A stretch of DNA of 34,464 bases from positions 1 to 34,464 of the forward strand of contig CAYYGX010000003.1 of assembly GCA_964471805.1 (NCBI GenBank), written 5' to 3'. Positions 32,790 through 34,464 of the stretch are shown here, one piece after another (the first letter of the stretch is position 1; every line of letters begins with the position of its first letter). Source of the DNA: an uncultured Gammaproteobacteria bacterium (GTDB lineage Bacteria > Patescibacteriota > Patescibacteriia > UBA9629). Below the pieces are notes generated by a model, which ran no database searches, had not been told where the DNA came from, and saw only the letters and a list, made by a program, of their open reading frames with translations. The position numbers and the translations under genes were made by a program.

Positions 32790-34174
32790 ACAGCTCCTTC
32801 TTTCCTCCATAAAACCGCAAATGGTGTTTTAAGAAGAATTGCAATATCCATTTTCAGATTCCAGTGTTCAATATAGTAAAGATCAAGCCTGGCTTCTTCG
32901 TCAAAATCAAGCGCGCTTCTTCCTGAAATCTGCGCGCATCCAGTGATGCCCGGGCGGATGTTTAACAGTTTGCGCTGATAAAGTTTATACCGCGTTACCT
33001 CTTCCTCTTCGTGCGGACGCGGGCCCACGAGACTCATGACGCCGATAAGAACATTATAAAAATTCGGCAGTTCGTCCAGGCTCCATCGCCGCATAAAACG
33101 CCCAACCGGCGTTATTCTGGGATCATTTTTCATTTTGAATAAAGGTCCTTTTCGCTCATTCATCGGCAGAAGTTTTGGTTTTAATTCTTCCGCGCCGTTT
33201 ATCATTGAACGAAATTTATAAAGTTTGAAGGATTTGCCGTTTTCTCCAACGCGCGCAAGTTTTACAAATATCGGGCCATAAGACGTAAATTTAATAAAGA
33301 GCGCGATAATGATTCCGGGGATAAAAAATATAAGAAGCGCGAGCGAGCTTATGAGAATATCCATAATGCGTTTTCGGACCCTCCCCCACCCTTCTAGCGG
33401 AGTGCGTTTAATGCTTATTAGCGGAAACCCGGCGATCGCTTCCATTTCAATGCGCGGCAAGGCCGCTGAAAAAATGTCTGGAGCGTATCTGAAATCCACA
33501 TGCCGAGTTTCGCAAAGTACGAGAAATTCATTCACTTTTTCTTTTGAAAAATTCAGGTCAGTGAGAATAACCTCTTTAATTTGATGGTCTGTAAGTTTTT
33601 GTTCAAGTTGCGCGGCTGTGAATACTCGTCCGCAAACTCTATAACCCCAGCCGCGATTTCGCGAAAGCGTTTCAATAAAATGTGTTGTATTTGAGTCCCC
33701 GCCGATAACTATCACCGGCTTTGCGCCTATCAAATACGAAAGAAATATTTTACGGATGATACGAACAATGCCTCGCGCGATAATCACAAAGAATATGGCA
33801 AACCCTGAACCTGTAAGAATAATGAACCGAGAGGCATAAAAAAAATCGCGCTTGAAAAAAAGAAATACAACGACTCCAACCATTCCAGCGATTGTCGCGA
33901 GGATAATTTTACCGATCTGATCAATAAACACTCGCAGTTGTTTTGGGTTGTAAAGCCCCGCAATCGCAAAAAAAATCACCCATACTACGGCCATTCCTAG
34001 AACAAATACAAGATATTGCCTGACAGGAAGTTGATAAAATATCGGGCTTACAAGATCAAACTGCCTGATGAAATCTGTGGAACGCAGGCGATACGCAACG
34101 ATACTTGCGAGGATTAACATCGCGTAATCAAGAGGCGGAAGTATAAGTGTATAAAAAAATTCCGAACGGCGCAT
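32786..34174 (-). CDS. Polyprenyl-phosphate glycosyl-1-phosphate transferase (WbaP/bacterial sugar transferase family)
   Basis: Several N-terminal TM helices. C-terminal sugar transferase domain (DELPNFYNVLIGVMSLVGPRP ... RPGITGCAQISGRS). Confidence 0.85.
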   Translation of the reverse strand: MRRSEFFYTLILPPLDYAMLILASIVAYRLRSTDFIRQFDLVSPIFYQLPVRQYLVFVLGMAVVWVIFFAIAGLYNPKQLRVFIDQIGKIILATIAGMVGVVVFLFFKRDFFYASRFIILTGSGFAIFFVIIARGIVRIIRKIFLSYLIGAKPVIVIGGDSNTTHFIETLSRNRGWGYRVCGRVFTAAQLEQKLTDHQIKEVILTDLNFSKEKVNEFLVLCETRHVDFRYAPDIFSAALPRIEMEAIAGFPLISIKRTPLEGWGRVRKRIMDILISSLALLIFFIPGIIIALFIKFTSYGPIFVKLARVGENGKSFKLYKFRSMINGAEELKPKLLPMNERKGPLFKMKNDPRITPVGRFMRRWSLDELPNFYNVLIGVMSLVGPRPHEEEEVTRYKLYQRKLLNIRPGITGCAQISGRSALDFDEEARLDLYYIEHWNLKMDIAILLKTPFAVLWRKEGAV

Positions 34175-34205
34175 ATGCCAAATACTATATCGCTATTTTG
34201 TATTT

Positions 34206-34304
34206 TTCGCAATGTGAATCCGAAAACCCCCTTTTAAGCCACTGTCAGATTGCTTCGCTTCGCTCGCAATGACAAGATCATAGTTTTCGGATTCACATTT
34301 TCGC
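34206..34304. repeat. 89-bp element with perfect 17-bp terminal inverted repeats, flanked by a 5-bp direct repeat (MITE-like)
   Basis: AATGTGAATCCGAAAAC at 34211-34227 and its exact reverse complement GTTTTCGGATTCACATT at 34283-34299. TTCGC directly abuts both ends (34206-34210 and 34300-34304). An internal imperfect hairpin TGTCA..TTGC / GCAA..TGACA lies at about 34243-34274. Confidence 0.6.
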
Positions 34305-34308
34305 AACC

Positions 34309-34337
34309 TTGCCAAGTATTAAATTTTGTGGTACTTT
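34309..34337 (+). promoter_or_regulatory. Sigma70-like promoter for RNase P RNA
   Basis: TTGCCA (34309-34314), a 17-nt spacer, then TACTTT (34332-34337), with TG at 34329-34330 (extended -10). Confidence 0.45.
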
Positions 34338-34343
34338 ACGCCT

Positions 34344-34464
34344 TGCTTGGACAACTCGAGTAATCGCCCCCCTAGGCTAAGGCTTAGGGGGGAGGAAAGT
34401 CCGGACTCCTTTTCCGATGAAAATCGGAACGACAATGCCTAGCAGATAACGTCTGCCGCTTCGC
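34344..34464 (+). ncRNA. rnpB: RNase P RNA (bacterial type), 5' portion; continues beyond the window
   Basis: P3-like hairpin CCCCCCTAGGC-TAAG-GCTTAGGGGGG is followed immediately by the universally conserved P4 strand GAGGAAAGTCCGGACTCC. The 5' end is approximate. Confidence 0.85.

Noticed and set aside
1-34464. Searched by eye for CRISPR repeats, rRNA, transposase or integrase genes, and DGR components (reverse transcriptase, template/variable repeat pair) that might target the giant surface protein
   Set aside because: No regularly spaced direct repeats, no reverse transcriptase or transposase-like ORF, and no long near-identical nucleotide repeat pair were seen. A DGR acting on the unseen C-terminus cannot be excluded.

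Overview
Gene-dense bacterial window. From 6182 to 34174 every protein gene is on the minus strand except one small XRE-type gene. The compact protein variants, giant surface protein and interleaved small accessory cassettes resemble a reduced-genome Patescibacteria/CPR-like lineage; that assignment is inference only.

Content in coordinate order:
- A giant surface-protein ORF of more than 2,000 codons fills 1-6097 on the minus strand. It is missing from the supplied ORF track because it has no stop inside the window.
- All three nucleotide-excision-repair genes sit in one 7-kb stretch: uvrC, a frameshifted XRE gene, uvrA, a RelE/AbrB toxin-antitoxin pair, then uvrB.
- tRNA-Thr and tRNA-Tyr, a TPR membrane protein and tpiA follow.
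- An AT-rich island carries a HEAT-repeat-fused amino-methyltransferase plus a putative PD-(D/E)xK nuclease.
- Then come a D-Ala-D-Ala carboxypeptidase, scpB, a frameshifted scpA, rseP, an isolated rplA and a P-type ATPase.
- An AT-rich three-gene islet encodes an unknown 243-aa protein, a 65-aa DUF5678-like protein and a retropepsin-like aspartic protease.
- secF and secD follow; SecD carries an embedded, apparently permuted parvulin PPIase domain.
- hicBA, a SET-domain methyltransferase, secA, a GT4 glycosyltransferase and a polyprenyl-phosphate sugar transferase come next.
- The window ends with an 89-bp MITE-like inverted-repeat element and the 5' part of RNase P RNA.

No CRISPR array, rRNA, transposase or reverse transcriptase was seen.

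Best candidates for undescribed biology:
- the three-gene islet at 24092-25423
- the HEAT-methyltransferase/nuclease pair at 14980-17318
- the SecD-parvulin fusion
- the A_AAA_AAG -1 frameshift site in the XRE gene

All family calls come from motif reading by eye. No database search was possible.
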